Of a DNA stretch of 64,000 nt, positions 8,528 through 19,700 are shown piece by piece. The stretch is from an uncultured Desulfosarcina sp. (lineage in GTDB: Bacteria > Desulfobacterota > Desulfobacteria > Desulfobacterales > Desulfosarcinaceae). The DNA lies in contig CAXXWQ010000004.1 of NCBI GenBank assembly GCA_963674945.2, forward strand, positions 1,920,001-1,984,000, in the 5' to 3' direction. The notes beneath the pieces are model-generated. The model made no database searches. It was not told where the DNA came from and saw only the letters and a list, made by a program, of their open reading frames with translations. Numbering within the stretch: the first letter of the stretch is position 1; each line of letters starts with the position of its first letter. A program made the position numbers and the translations under genes.

Positions 8528-10722
8528 TGCACCCGGTGGCCTTCATCGACCTGTTGACACTTGTCACCCTTGTCGGCACCACCATTTCATTGATCGTCGC
8601 ATCACGACGACTTCATTACCGGGACCCCGTGCTGATATTCGGGTTCCTTCTTTTTTTGGATCTATACTATACATTGCTCTTTCTTGAATGGCTGTGGTCG
8701 AGTGCCGTGTTCGACCGACTGGAAGACTTTGCCGGAACGCTGGTACCCATGTGGTGGGTGTTTCTTTTTTACAACATCCTGCAGAAAATCGGCAGTCGCA
8801 AACTGGCACACAACCAACGCCGTTATCAGATGGTGGTGGACAATATCAGCGAATTGATCGTCAAGATCGATGAAGAGAATCGGATACTATTCGCAAGTCC
8901 GTCGTTTTGCACCATTGCCGAAAAATCCGAAGAGGAATTGATCGGCGCCTCTTATCCATCCGTCATGGGGATGGAGGGCGGCCATCCGGTGCTTGCGCTC
9001 CTGGATCGGGCCAAGGCCCCACCTTACGCTGCCGTTTATGAAACGTCTCTCCAAACACGGCGTGGCGAGCGCTGGTTTGCATGGAATGCCATAGGGCTCT
9101 TGGCGTCTTCCGAAACGGAAGTACGAATCCTTACTGTCGGTCGCGACGTTACCGAAAAGAAAACCTTCGAAGCCGCCCTGCAGGAAAGCCGGGACCTGCA
9201 CCGCCAAGCCCAGCGATTGGCCAAGCTGGGACACTGGGAGTTACAAATAGACAGCTACAGTATAAGTGGTTCGGAGGAGTTGTATCGGATCTTTGAAATC
9301 GACAAAGTAAAACCTTTACAATGGAATTCTTTTTTAAATGGGGTACATCCAGAAGACCGTGCGATTGTCGAAGATAGTTTTTCCCAAACGATCGAAAGCG
9401 GTGTCGAAGGAGAAGCCGACTATCGCTTCGTTTTTCCGGACGGTAGAATCAAATTTATTCATTCCAAGGGCCACGCCGTTTCAGATAATACCGGAAAAAT
9501 AATAAAAATAATGGGCACAGTCCAGGATGTGACCAATCTCAAAGAAGCCGAGATGGCGAAAGAGTCATCGGAACGGAAACTGCGGCAGGCCCAGAAGATG
9601 GAAGCCATCGGTACGCTGGCCGGGGGAATTGCCCATGACTTCAACAACATCCTGACCTCCCTCATCGGATTCACCCAGATTGCCATGGCAGAATTGCCCC
9701 GGGGGCATGCTGCCGCCGGACACCTCGACCATGTGCTCCAGGCGGGGTTGCGCGCCAGAGACCTGGTCGCCCAGATCCTTACTTTCAGCCGGCAGAGCGA
9801 GCAGAAGGCCGAAACCACCCAGTTGAACGTGATTATCAAGGAAGTGACCAAGCTGCTGAGGGCCACCATCCCGGCCAACATTGAAATCCGGCAGAAGATC
9901 GCCACCCGGGACTGCTTCATCCTGGCCGACCCGATCCAGATCCATCAGATCCTGATGAACCTGTGCACCAACGCCTACCAGTCCATCGGCCATGACAATG
10001 GTTGGATCTCCATTTCCTTAGAAAAAGTGGCGATCGGCCCGGACGATTTTCAGGAAGTATCGGACCTCACACCAGGCAAGTACGCCCACATTTCGGTCAC
10101 CGATACAGGCCACGGAATGGCTTCGGAAACCCTTTCAAAAGTCTTCGACCCTTACTTCACCACAAAGAAGAAGGGGGAAGGCACCGGCCTGGGATTGGCT
10201 GTGGTACACGGTATCGTCCGGGAGCATGAGGGCCATATCACGGTCTACAGTGAACCCGGCCGGGGTACTTCCTTCAACGTTTACCTGCCCTGCGCCGAAG
10301 CGGTGAAAGATAGTTGCCGGAGTAATATGGAACTTCAGATGCTGACCGGGTCAGAGCACATCCTGATCGTTGATGACGAAGAATCAATTTTATTGATGAT
10401 GAGCGAAACGCTCAACAGCTTGGGCTATCGCGTCACAACCTTTACACAGGCTCAACGGGCCGTTGAGTTTTTGCAGTCCCGGCCAAACGATTGCGACCTT
10501 GTCATCACCGACCTGATCATGCCGGCCATGAACGGGGAAGAACTGGCACAACGGATTCATCAGATCGACCCGCACATTCCCATCGTTATTCAGACAGGTT
10601 TCAGTGATGATATTCGACTCGAAGGGCTCGATTCCATCGGCGTTGCCGGGGTGCTGAGAAAACCGATTTTGCGAACCGACTTGAACCGGTGTATCCGACG
10701 GATGTTAGAAAACAGGGAATGA
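8527..10722 (+). CDS. Hybrid sensor histidine kinase (3 TM, two PAS, HisKA, HATPase, REC)
   Basis: Start MHPVAFIDLL coupled to the upstream stop. PAS/PAC motifs, GGIAHDFNNIL, GTGLGL, receiver ILIVDD...TDLIMP...KP. Confidence 0.92.
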   Translation: MHPVAFIDLLTLVTLVGTTISLIVASRRLHYRDPVLIFGFLLFLDLYYTLLFLEWLWSSAVFDRLEDFAGTLVPMWWVFLFYNILQKIGSRKLAHNQRRYQMVVDNISELIVKIDEENRILFASPSFCTIAEKSEEELIGASYPSVMGMEGGHPVLALLDRAKAPPYAAVYETSLQTRRGERWFAWNAIGLLASSETEVRILTVGRDVTEKKTFEAALQESRDLHRQAQRLAKLGHWELQIDSYSISGSEELYRIFEIDKVKPLQWNSFLNGVHPEDRAIVEDSFSQTIESGVEGEADYRFVFPDGRIKFIHSKGHAVSDNTGKIIKIMGTVQDVTNLKEAEMAKESSERKLRQAQKMEAIGTLAGGIAHDFNNILTSLIGFTQIAMAELPRGHAAAGHLDHVLQAGLRARDLVAQILTFSRQSEQKAETTQLNVIIKEVTKLLRATIPANIEIRQKIATRDCFILADPIQIHQILMNLCTNAYQSIGHDNGWISISLEKVAIGPDDFQEVSDLTPGKYAHISVTDTGHGMASETLSKVFDPYFTTKKKGEGTGLGLAVVHGIVREHEGHITVYSEPGRGTSFNVYLPCAEAVKDSCRSNMELQMLTGSEHILIVDDEESILLMMSETLNSLGYRVTTFTQAQRAVEFLQSRPNDCDLVITDLIMPAMNGEELAQRIHQIDPHIPIVIQTGFSDDIRLEGLDSIGVAGVLRKPILRTDLNRCIRRMLENRE

Positions 10723-10756
10723 CCAAATTGGACGACGACTTTCCCAGGGTAAGACG

Positions 10757-12160
10757 ATGGCGTACATTCTGATTTTAGACGACGATCAAAAAATTCAACT
10801 GCTGCTGGAACATGTTGTCACAGGCCTGGGGCATAAAGCAACGACTTCGGGATGCCTACGCGAGGGACTCAGGCTGGCACGGACACAGGACTATGATCTG
10901 ATTCTGCTGGATCTGGATTTTCCGGAGGGCAACGGCCTTGAGATACTGCCAGAACTGTTACACCTTTCCAGTTCGCCGGAAGTCATGATCATCACCGGGA
11001 CCGGAGACACAAAAGGTGCCGAACTCGCTTTTACGTATGGTGCGTGGGATTTTCTGAAAAAGCCGTTTTTTGTCGAGGAGGTATCCCTTTCCATTGCCCG
11101 GGCCCTTCAATACCATGAAGAGAAAGTAAGAAGCAAAACGCCCACCGTCTTGCAAAGAGGTGACATAACAGGCAACTCGCCGGCACTGCTGCGGTGCCTG
11201 GATGACGCGGCCCGGGCCGCCGCCACGGACAGCAGCGTGTTGATCCTGGGTGAAACCGGCACCGGCAAGGAGCTGTTTGCAAAGGCCATTCACGAAAACA
11301 GCTGGCGCGCAAAGAAAAATTTCATCGTCATCGACTGCGGAGCCCTACCGGAAACGCTGGTAGAGAGCATCCTTTTCGGGCACAGGAAGGGGGCATTTAC
11401 CGGTGCAGGCACGGACCGGGAGGGGCTCATTGCCCAAGCCGACGGCGGTACGCTTTTTCTGGATGAGATCGGCGAGCTTCCACTGCCAATCCAGAAAACC
11501 CTTCTGCGTACCCTGCAGGAACACCGCCTGCGCCCCATCGGCGCAAGTGAAGAGATCTCCGTGGATTTCAGACTGGTTGCGGCGACCAATTGTGACCTTG
11601 AAAAAATGGTGGCTGATCAAACGTTCCGTGAGGATTTGCTGTTTCGGATTCGTGGAATCGAATTTAAACTCCCCCCCCTTCGCGAGCGGAAGGATGATAT
11701 CCTTACCATCGCACACCACAAAATTCTTCAACTCAGCAAACTCTATGGCTTGGCAACCAAAGGAATTTCCGTGGAATTCAGCGATATTCTGGAACAATAT
11801 GAATGGCCGGGAAATGTGCGGGAACTCATCAATGTTCTCGAACACGCCCTGGCCAATGCAGGAGCCGATCCAACGCTGGTCCCCAAACATTTACCGGCCA
11901 AGTATCGTGCCACTTTTCTGGATCTGGATCAAACCGACAATCTTTCCAACCAGCCGCCCCATGGTCTGCGTACATTCACCGCCGATGGTGAAATACTCAA
12001 ATGGGGCGATTTCCGTTTGCAAATGGAAACCGTATATTTACAGTCGCTTCTGATCAATGCTGAGGGTAATTGGGAAACCGCCTGCAAACTGTCCGGATTG
12101 TCCAAGACCAGATTGTATGAACTGATGAAAAAGCATCAACTCTCCTTTTCCTCCACCTAA
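10757..12160 (+). CDS. Sigma54-dependent NtrC-family response regulator
   Basis: N-terminal REC, Walker A GETGTGKE, GAFTGA loop, LFLDEIG, WPGNVREL, C-terminal Fis-type HTH. Confidence 0.95.
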   Translation: MAYILILDDDQKIQLLLEHVVTGLGHKATTSGCLREGLRLARTQDYDLILLDLDFPEGNGLEILPELLHLSSSPEVMIITGTGDTKGAELAFTYGAWDFLKKPFFVEEVSLSIARALQYHEEKVRSKTPTVLQRGDITGNSPALLRCLDDAARAAATDSSVLILGETGTGKELFAKAIHENSWRAKKNFIVIDCGALPETLVESILFGHRKGAFTGAGTDREGLIAQADGGTLFLDEIGELPLPIQKTLLRTLQEHRLRPIGASEEISVDFRLVAATNCDLEKMVADQTFREDLLFRIRGIEFKLPPLRERKDDILTIAHHKILQLSKLYGLATKGISVEFSDILEQYEWPGNVRELINVLEHALANAGADPTLVPKHLPAKYRATFLDLDQTDNLSNQPPHGLRTFTADGEILKWGDFRLQMETVYLQSLLINAEGNWETACKLSGLSKTRLYELMKKHQLSFSST

Positions 12161-12166
12161 TCTATT

Positions 12167-12303
12167 ACCCATCCAGAAATGGCTAATTTGCCCGATATCT
12201 TTGTTGCGCGAAAAATTTTATCCTCGGAATATCAACCATATGCCTGTGGTAAAATTTTTCACGCGCCTCGATCTCGACCAAATTTTCCTATTTCTGGATG
12301 GAT
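12167..12303. mobile_element. MITE-like palindromic repeat, family A, copy 1
   Basis: Terminal inverted repeats CATCCAGAAAT/ATTTCTGGATG. Near-identical reverse-complement copy at 42364-42508 and a diverged copy at 37423-37601. Confidence 0.85.
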
Positions 12304-12459
12304 AATAATCGAAAAAGCAGCTCCCGCCCGGTCTTTTCCGGAATACCGGAATCGATCGGTCCTCTTTTCCGGAATCGACTGTCCAAATTGCCATTGGATC
12401 GGCACGGCAAAACATCGTACCATATTGTTTTTACTGTATTTAATAAATAATTGATCGAT

Positions 12460-12475
12460 TGGCATATCGTCTGCA
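12460..12475 (+). promoter_or_regulatory. Sigma54 -24/-12 promoter
   Basis: TGGCATATCGTCTGCA (GG-N10-GC), preceded by an AT-rich tract and repeated TCTTTTCCGGAAT motifs near 12332 and 12363. Confidence 0.65.
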
Positions 12476-12536
12476 GAAGGACTCATCGTGTCCAACGGAC
12501 ACATCTTGAAAGAACCATAGCGCAGCGAGATTGCCG

Positions 12537-12953
12537 ATGAATATACTATTTTTTGCCCCCGATTTCGAACACAGCGACGTAAAAAAGGTTTTGTCCACCG
12601 TTCGCGGATCCTTTCCCGACGTGAAAATACAGTCGTTCACGGATTGCCAGACAATGTTTGATTGGCTGCGGATTCCGCCCAGAAGTTTCTTCGTCGCTAT
12701 TTTACTGCCGGACAGCCACCAGACGCTGACCCAACTGGTATCCATGAGAGGTTTGTTCATGGACCGTAAAATCATTCTTTCGCTTCCCGACGATGCCCCG
12801 CGCAGCATCGCCCTGAGCCATAAACTAAACCCTCTCTATTTTCTGTCCGCTTCAGATGACAAAGAGGGAATGGTCTGCGTAATGAAGAAATTACTAATCG
12901 ATGTAAACGAATCTGGAATGAGGGTCGAAAAACGGGCCAAATCACCATGCTGA
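12537..12953 (+). CDS. Hypothetical protein, possibly a degenerate receiver-like fold
   Basis: About 138 aa with alternating beta/alpha pattern, downstream of the sigma54 promoter and upstream of the MCP. Confidence 0.55.
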   Translation: MNILFFAPDFEHSDVKKVLSTVRGSFPDVKIQSFTDCQTMFDWLRIPPRSFFVAILLPDSHQTLTQLVSMRGLFMDRKIILSLPDDAPRSIALSHKLNPLYFLSASDDKEGMVCVMKKLLIDVNESGMRVEKRAKSPC

Positions 12954-13005
12954 AAAGTTTTTGCAATGCAACGATAATTTTACCAATATTTCGAAAAAGG
13001 AGACA

Positions 13006-14691
13006 ATGACAATGAACTTCATCAAGAACATGAAAATTCGAATCAAACTGCTGTCTGCATTCGGTATCATGGTGTTGATCATGGGGGTGATCGGTTATAC
13101 CGGCTACAAGAGCGTGAACAGTATCCAAAACGACCTGAAAACGATATCTTCCGTTCAGATGCCCAGCATCGATTATCTGATCGAGGCGGATCGGGATCTG
13201 CAGCAATTGCTTGTGGCGGAACGTTCATTGATCTTTACCGATCCCGACTCGGAGTTGTTCAGACAATTCGTTGATGAATACGAAACCAACTTCAAACAAT
13301 CTTCCGATCGTTGGGGAAAATACCAGGCCCTGGCCAGCACCACGGCGGAAAAGGAAGTTTTTGGTATCTATGAAAAAGCCCGCATGGAATGGCAGGAGCA
13401 TTCTCGAAAGGTTATTGAACTGGTCGAGAAAGGAAGCAGGCAGGAGGCCATCGCATTGACCCTGGGAGAAGCCAAGAAGGACTTTGAACAGATGCGCGAC
13501 CAGCTTGACAAACTGACCGAAATCAATCTCGACCTTGCCCACAACGCCCAGAAAAATGCCCAAGCCACCTACAAATCGGCTCTGGCCATGCTGCTTACGG
13601 CGATACTGCTGGGAGTTGCAGTGGGTATTATTCTGGCAGGGTTCATCTCACGACTGATCACCAAACCGGTCAATGCCATGGTTGACGGCCTTAAGGACAT
13701 CGCCCAAGGCGAAGGCGATCTGACCAAACGACTCGAGGATGGCGCAAAAGACGAACTGGGCGAATTGGCCACCTGGTTCAACACGTTCATGAACAAGCTG
13801 CAACAGCTTATCAGTGAAATCGCCGGGGGTGTGGAAACCTTGTCCTCTTCCTCCACCGAATTGTCGACCATCTCCGAGCAGATGACCCAGGGCATCCAAG
13901 ACGTCTCTGAAAAGGCCAACACCGTTTCCGCCGCTTCCGAAGAGATGAGCGCCAACATCAACAATGTCGCCGCCGCCATGGAGCAGTCGGCCACCAACAC
14001 CAACATGGTGGCCTCGGCCTCCGAGGAGATGTCGGCCACCATCGGCGAAGTCGCCCAGAATGCCGAGAAAGCCCGTGAAATATCCGACGAGGCGGCCCGC
14101 AAGGCGACCAACGCCTCAACCAACATGGACGAGTTGAGCAACGCCGCCAACTCCATCGGAAAGGTCGTTGAAACCATTACCGACATCAGCGAGCAGGTCA
14201 ACCTCCTGGCACTGAACGCCACCATCGAAGCGGCAAGGGCAGGAGAAGCGGGCAAGGGGTTTGCCGTGGTCGCCAACGAGATCAAGGAACTGGCCAAGCA
14301 GACCGCCGAAGCAACCCAGGACATCAAGGACAAGATCGAAGGCATCCAGGGAACCACGTCCATGACGGTGGGACAGATTTCTGAAATCACGCAGGTGATC
14401 ACCGACGTAAACGATATTGTCACCACCATCGCCACGGCCGTGGAGCAGCAATCTGCCGCCACCAAGGAGATCGCCGACAATGTAGCCCAGGCGTCCACCG
14501 GTATCCAGGAGGTAAACGAGAACGTCAACCAAAGTTCTTCCGTCGCAAGAAAGATTTCCGCTGACATCGCCGACGTGAGCGTCTCCACGAACGAGATGGC
14601 CAACAGCAGCGGTCAGGTCAACTTCAGCGCCCAGGAGCTCTCCCAGCTGTCTGAAAGCCTGAAAAGCATGGTGGATCAATTTAAAATCTAA
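13006..14691 (+). CDS. Methyl-accepting chemotaxis protein (four-helix-bundle sensor, HAMP, MCP signalling domain)
   Basis: Two TMs, HAMP, hairpin tip [43 protein letters not shown] before ATG 13006. Confidence 0.96.
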   Translation: MTMNFIKNMKIRIKLLSAFGIMVLIMGVIGYTGYKSVNSIQNDLKTISSVQMPSIDYLIEADRDLQQLLVAERSLIFTDPDSELFRQFVDEYETNFKQSSDRWGKYQALASTTAEKEVFGIYEKARMEWQEHSRKVIELVEKGSRQEAIALTLGEAKKDFEQMRDQLDKLTEINLDLAHNAQKNAQATYKSALAMLLTAILLGVAVGIILAGFISRLITKPVNAMVDGLKDIAQGEGDLTKRLEDGAKDELGELATWFNTFMNKLQQLISEIAGGVETLSSSSTELSTISEQMTQGIQDVSEKANTVSAASEEMSANINNVAAAMEQSATNTNMVASASEEMSATIGEVAQNAEKAREISDEAARKATNASTNMDELSNAANSIGKVVETITDISEQVNLLALNATIEAARAGEAGKGFAVVANEIKELAKQTAEATQDIKDKIEGIQGTTSMTVGQISEITQVITDVNDIVTTIATAVEQQSAATKEIADNVAQASTGIQEVNENVNQSSSVARKISADIADVSVSTNEMANSSGQVNFSAQELSQLSESLKSMVDQFKI

Positions 14692-14859
14692 GCAATGGTT
14701 GGCAGGAGGCGGACATCTCCATGTGATCCTTCCTGCAATGGCCTTTCGAAAGCCACGGGGAATTTGATCTGGAATGGTTACTATAGATACGATGAAAGGG
14801 ATCCGGTGCGCAGGAATTCTTCAGCCCCTCTCTGATGCCATAGATGGAGTATACCAATC

Positions 14860-15510
14860 ATGGAAAATACCATTGAACAACGGATCAAAGATCTGGAAGA
14901 AAAGGATCTTTTAACGACCGATAATTTGTTTGACGCCATATGGGTGATCGATACGACACTCATGACATTCAGCTACATCAGCCCTTCCATTGAGCGGATA
15001 AGTGGATACAGTGCAGATGAGTACATTGGCACGCCGGTAAGAGAACGAATGTCGGAAGAGGCGTATGAAAAAGTAAATACTGTTCTGAATCAATCGTTGA
15101 TACAATTGGAAAAGGGCCCCGAGCCCGTCCTGAAGATTGAAGTTGAGATGACACATAAAAATGGCGGGCTGTATTGGGTTGAAATACGTGGCCAGCTGTT
15201 ACAGGAAAAACAGGATGAACCGCTGAAAATCGTCGGCGTCACCAGAGATATCACGAAACGAAAAAAGTATGAATTCAGCCAGGAAGAACTGATCCAGCGA
15301 CTAAACAAAGTCCTTGCAGAAAAACAACTTATTTCGGAAGAAAACAAAATGCTACGAAAGATCATTCCCATTTGCGGCGGGTGCAAACGAATCAGGGGAG
15401 AGGACGATCAATGGTGGCCCCTGGACGTTTATGTGGAGCGCCACACCGATTCCAGCATGACCCATACGATCTGTCCGGACTGCAGAGCCGTAATATATGG
15501 AAATGAATAG
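14860..15510 (+). CDS. PAS domain protein with C-terminal Cys/His (putative zinc) motif
   Basis: PAS/PAC (YISPSIERISGY...VGVTRDITKRK), coiled coil, then IPICGGCKRIR...THTICPDC. Confidence 0.85.
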   Translation: MENTIEQRIKDLEEKDLLTTDNLFDAIWVIDTTLMTFSYISPSIERISGYSADEYIGTPVRERMSEEAYEKVNTVLNQSLIQLEKGPEPVLKIEVEMTHKNGGLYWVEIRGQLLQEKQDEPLKIVGVTRDITKRKKYEFSQEELIQRLNKVLAEKQLISEENKMLRKIIPICGGCKRIRGEDDQWWPLDVYVERHTDSSMTHTICPDCRAVIYGNE

Positions 15511-15555
15511 GCACACCCGATCGTGTTGGATGAATATGCTTTGGTTACTATAATC

Positions 15556-15654
15556 CGGGAGTCAGAATCCAGAATCAGGTACTGGCCTTCAATCGACGGA
15601 GCGGAACGACATCACATTCATTCTGGTTTTTGAATTCCGGCTTCTGGCTCCTGC
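15556..15654. repeat. Short-unit palindromic intergenic repeat, family C
   Basis: GGAGTCAGAATCCAGAATC...GAATTCCGGCTTCTGGCTCCTG inverted arms, similar to 35730-35781. Confidence 0.55.
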
Positions 15655-15729
15655 GGTACCATGTGTTTACGATACTGCCCCCTTATAGGAGTTCCCACCC
15701 CCCATGCTCTCTCGACCCGGATCTTTTCT

Positions 15730-15768
15730 TGTGATGCCAATCACATCCAATTTGTGACGCCAATCACA
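15730..15768. promoter_or_regulatory. Two tandem perfect CRP/HcpR-type palindromes (TGTGA-N6-TCACA)
   Basis: TGTGAtgccaaTCACA at 15730-15745 and TGTGAcgccaaTCACA at 15753-15768, period 23 bp. Confidence 0.7.
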
Positions 15769-16073
15769 TCCACCCTCTCCTTAAAATAGATATGAAGACA
15801 ATAAGGATTCACGATTCATACAATTTAGGTATACGCTCTATATTCAGGATGCACAATGATCCATGATCGCCGATTTTTTTATTCGCCCGCGGCACCAACT
15901 TCCTTCCTTACGTGAACCGTTATAGCGAAAAACCTTCCACCTAGCACATCCAGCGAATTCGACTATTTGCCATACACGAACACATCTTTTCGATGTTTCA
16001 GGAGACTTGCATCGCAATGGCAGCAAGCCATCGCACATTGGATTAATCATTTCATGAGAAAGGAGAGTGCGTC

Positions 16074-16382
16074 ATGAGAAAAAACATTGACCTCATTGTC
16101 GCCTTATTGGCCATTGTATATCTCGGCATGGCATGTTCGGCCTATGTTTTTGTTGAACCCGTTACGACGATCACACTGATCATTGGCGGTGTCGCAGTAG
16201 GTGTTCTATCGCTGTACGGCATCTTTTTAAGCATTGCGGAACGAAAGGACGAGAAATACGATCAGTCGGCGGAGACCGTACAGGCCCGGGATCAACAAAA
16301 GGATCAGCCCCAAACCAAGGTCTGGGAAGAGACGGTTATGGTCGAAGAAACGCAGGAAGGTCTGGGCCTGTCGGCCCTCTGA
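16074..16382 (+). CDS. Small two-helix membrane protein with acidic C-terminal tail
   Basis: AAGGAGAG RBS, two hydrophobic segments, 102 aa. Confidence 0.75.
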   Translation: MRKNIDLIVALLAIVYLGMACSAYVFVEPVTTITLIIGGVAVGVLSLYGIFLSIAERKDEKYDQSAETVQARDQQKDQPQTKVWEETVMVEETQEGLGLSAL

Positions 16383-16736
16383 TTCTGATCTTGCCGCGAA
16401 AGGTTGACATACAATCGGGAATTTGCGATAAATTATCTGCGAGCCATCACGCCTGTCACATTCAACTGATATTTCCGGTTCGCGATATCCTGGGTGTTCA
16501 TGGCTATCTTTCGGCCATGGTAGATTCTTGTCCCATCTATAGTGACGATAGCTGACGTAGATTCTGTTTCTTAACTTTACATAATGCCATTTTATGAATG
16601 GTGCATTACGCCTTTTTCTACCGTGAGTGCCGCCGGAAATTTCGGTAGTTTCCGTAAGGCAGTGTTATGGAAAATTCAATGCATTTGGAGCAGAATTAGA
16701 AGACCTCTCCACAATTTCATTCTAGCAACTGCCAAA

Positions 16737-19700
16737 ATGAACACTTTTTCTACTCACATCAGGAGATCGATACGCTACTGGGCGGCTTTTTGGACACTCC
16801 AGGCAGGGTGTATTCTGGTTGCCGGCTTCCTTTACGCGTCGCGGGCCCATGCGGCCGACGAATCGGATACTGCCGTATGGGTAAGCAGAATCGTTTCCAT
16901 CCAGGGAAGTGTTCTGGTCAGGCGGTCGGGAGATACCGACTGGCAGCCGGTCCAACTCAACGACACATTTTTCATCGGTGATCAGATCCGTGTACAAGTC
17001 AACAGCAGGGCCGGTATCCGGCTGAGTAACGATGCCGTACTGCGATTGGATCAAAACACCACCCTCGTATTCATCGAGATCGAAACGCAGACAACCTTCG
17101 TTTACCGGCTTGTCAAGGGAGCAGTTCAGTTTTTTAGTCACTGGCCACGTAGCTTGCGGATCCTCACACCCTTTGTCAACGGCGTTGTGTCGGGAACCGA
17201 ATTCTTCGTCCGGGTCGACGACGATCAAACCCGGATCGACCTGTTCGAGGGCCGCATATTGGCCGAGAACACATTTGGTTCACTCCAACTGGCGGCCGGG
17301 GAGAGCGTCACAGCCGAAGCCGGTCATGCCCCCCAGCGCCAGATCCTCGTTCGGCCGATGGACGGCGTGCAGTGGGCGATGTATTATCCACCCATCCTGG
17401 CATGGGGGGGAAATGGCGGTTCTCCAGATATCGGTGACACGGCGGCGTTGGTTAACCAGGGAAGAATTTCCGATGCCCTGACTCGTCTGGAAGCTCTTGG
17501 CCCGCAGGTGCAGAATGCCCGGTTCTTCGTATTTCGCGCCGCGCTGCGACTCCATGTCGGACGCGTTGTCGAAGCAGAGGCGGACATCGGCCTGGCCCTG
17601 GAACTGGATCCGGCCGACGGCGATGCGCTGGCGCTGCAGGCTGTCATTGCCGTTGTCCAGAATCGAAAGACCGATGCGTTGCGAGATGCCCGGGAAGCAG
17701 TTCGGCTGGATCCCCGATCGGCAAGTACCCATATTGCCCTTTCCTACGCCCTGCAGGCCGATTTCGATCTCACCGGCGCCCTGCAGGCCGCCCGGGATGC
17801 CGTAACCCAGGCGCCCGGCAATTATGTGGCCTGGGCCCGCCTCGCCGAATTGCGACTTTCCGTGGGGGAACTGGATCAGGGCGTAGCGGCCGCGCGGAAA
17901 GCCGTCGACCTGAACCCGCGTGCGGCGCACGCCCACACCACCCTGGGATTTGCCCATTTGACGCAGATCCAAACCGAAAAAGCACGAAAGGCTTTCGACA
18001 AGGCCATCGCCCTGGACTCCGCCGCACCTCTGCCACGCCTGGGATTGGGACTGGCCACCATCCGCGACGGCGATCTGGAACAGGGCCGGGCACAGATCGA
18101 AATCGCTGCCAGTTTGGATCCGGCCAATGCCCTGATCCGCAGTTATCTGGGCAAGGCCTACTTCGAGGAAAAACGCGGCCCGCTGGATGAACGGCAGTTC
18201 GAGATCGCCAAGGCCCTGGACCCGAACGATCCAACGCCCTGGTTCTATGACGCCATCCGCAAGCAGATCCTCAACCGGCCGGGAGAAGCCCTACAGGATT
18301 TACAGAGGTCCATCGAACTGAACGACAATCGCGCCGTGTACCGGTCGCGGTTGTTCCTGGATCAGGACCTGGCCGCACGCAGTGCCAGTTTGGGAAGAAT
18401 ATTCAACGATCTGGACTTCCAGCATCTTGCATTGAACGAAGGGTACAAATCGCTTACTGCCGATGCCACCAATCACTCAGCCCACAGGTTGTTGGCGGAT
18501 AACTACGCGGCGAAACCCCGCCATGAAATCGCAAGAGTGAGCGAATTGTTACAATCACAACTTCTCCAGCCGATCAATATTCTACCAGTTCAACCGTACC
18601 TTGCAGAAAGTAACCTCTCTATACTGTCATGTGCCGGTCCATCCTCGCCCTCCTTGTACGAATATACACCGCTGTTCAGCCGAAATCGGTTAGCTTTTCA
18701 GGCCGGTGTAATCACCGGTAGTAATTCAACGTTAGGTGATGAAATCGTTCAGTCTGGTATGTGGGGGCGGTATTCATACAGCCTCGGGCAGTTTTACTAT
18801 GAAACAGATGGATTCAGGGAAAATAATGGTCAGACACACAATATATATAATGCCTTCGTACAAATGAGTGTGTCGCCCGAAACAAGCATCCAGGCCGAAT
18901 ATCGATATAAAGATTTGGAAAATGGTGACCTCGAGTTACGATTAGATCCAGAAAATTACTATCCATCATACCGGTATGATGAAAAAATACAGACCTTTCG
19001 TTTCGGCATGAGAAAAAGTTTCTTTCCCCATTCTACTCTGATAGCATCGGCAATCTATCAACTTGAAGATTATACCTACACTGATGCGGATTATAAAAAT
19101 GACAATGAGGAAGATGGTGTTCTGCTTGAGCTCCGGTATCTTCTTAGCTATGAATTCATCCAATTAAGCTTAGGTGGTGGATATTTTGAATCTGATTTCA
19201 CCTTCATCGATAATTATGATCCGGGTTCTATTGTAAAGTCAAAGTACAACAATATCTATGCATACCTTTCAATCAGCTATCCGAAAAGTATTACATGGCT
19301 GCTCGGTGGAAGTGGTGAGTCCTCAAAAATTGAGTCCACTAATCGTGATCAATTCAACCCCAAGATGGGAGTTCACTGGAATTTAACTTCCCGCACAACG
19401 CTTCGAGCAGCCGCATTTCGAACGCTACAAAGAGACATCATATCCAGCCAAACCATTGAACCGGTTCAGGTCGCTGGTTTTAATCAATTTTTCGAAGATG
19501 GTGTCGGCACTGATGCATGGAATTATGGCGTTGGCATTGATCAAATGTTTTCCAATTTTCTTTATGGTGGGTTAGACATATTAAATAGAGAACTTGATGT
19601 TCCCTATTTAGATATCTTTACCGGAGATAGATTTTCTGCAGATTGGAAAGAGTACATGTGGCGTGCATATTTGAACTTGATTCTATTATCCAATTTGTCA

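Noticed and set aside
12179..12454. ORF sharing MANLPDIFVARKILSSEYQPY with ORF 42337-42522, resembling a small protein family
   Set aside because: The shared sequence is the translated family A repeat and similarity ends at the repeat boundary.
13569..14603. 344-aa minus-strand ORF
   Set aside because: Antisense to the MCP signalling domain, a typical artefact of biased codon usage.
14735..14765. GAAAGCCACGGG resembling part of a c-di-GMP-I riboswitch
   Set aside because: Lacks the GCAAA...GNRA stem and GACGCAAA core.
15729..15773. Tandem 23-bp repeat as a possible CRISPR array
   Set aside because: Only two adjacent units, no spacers and no cas genes. Better explained as duplicated operator sites.
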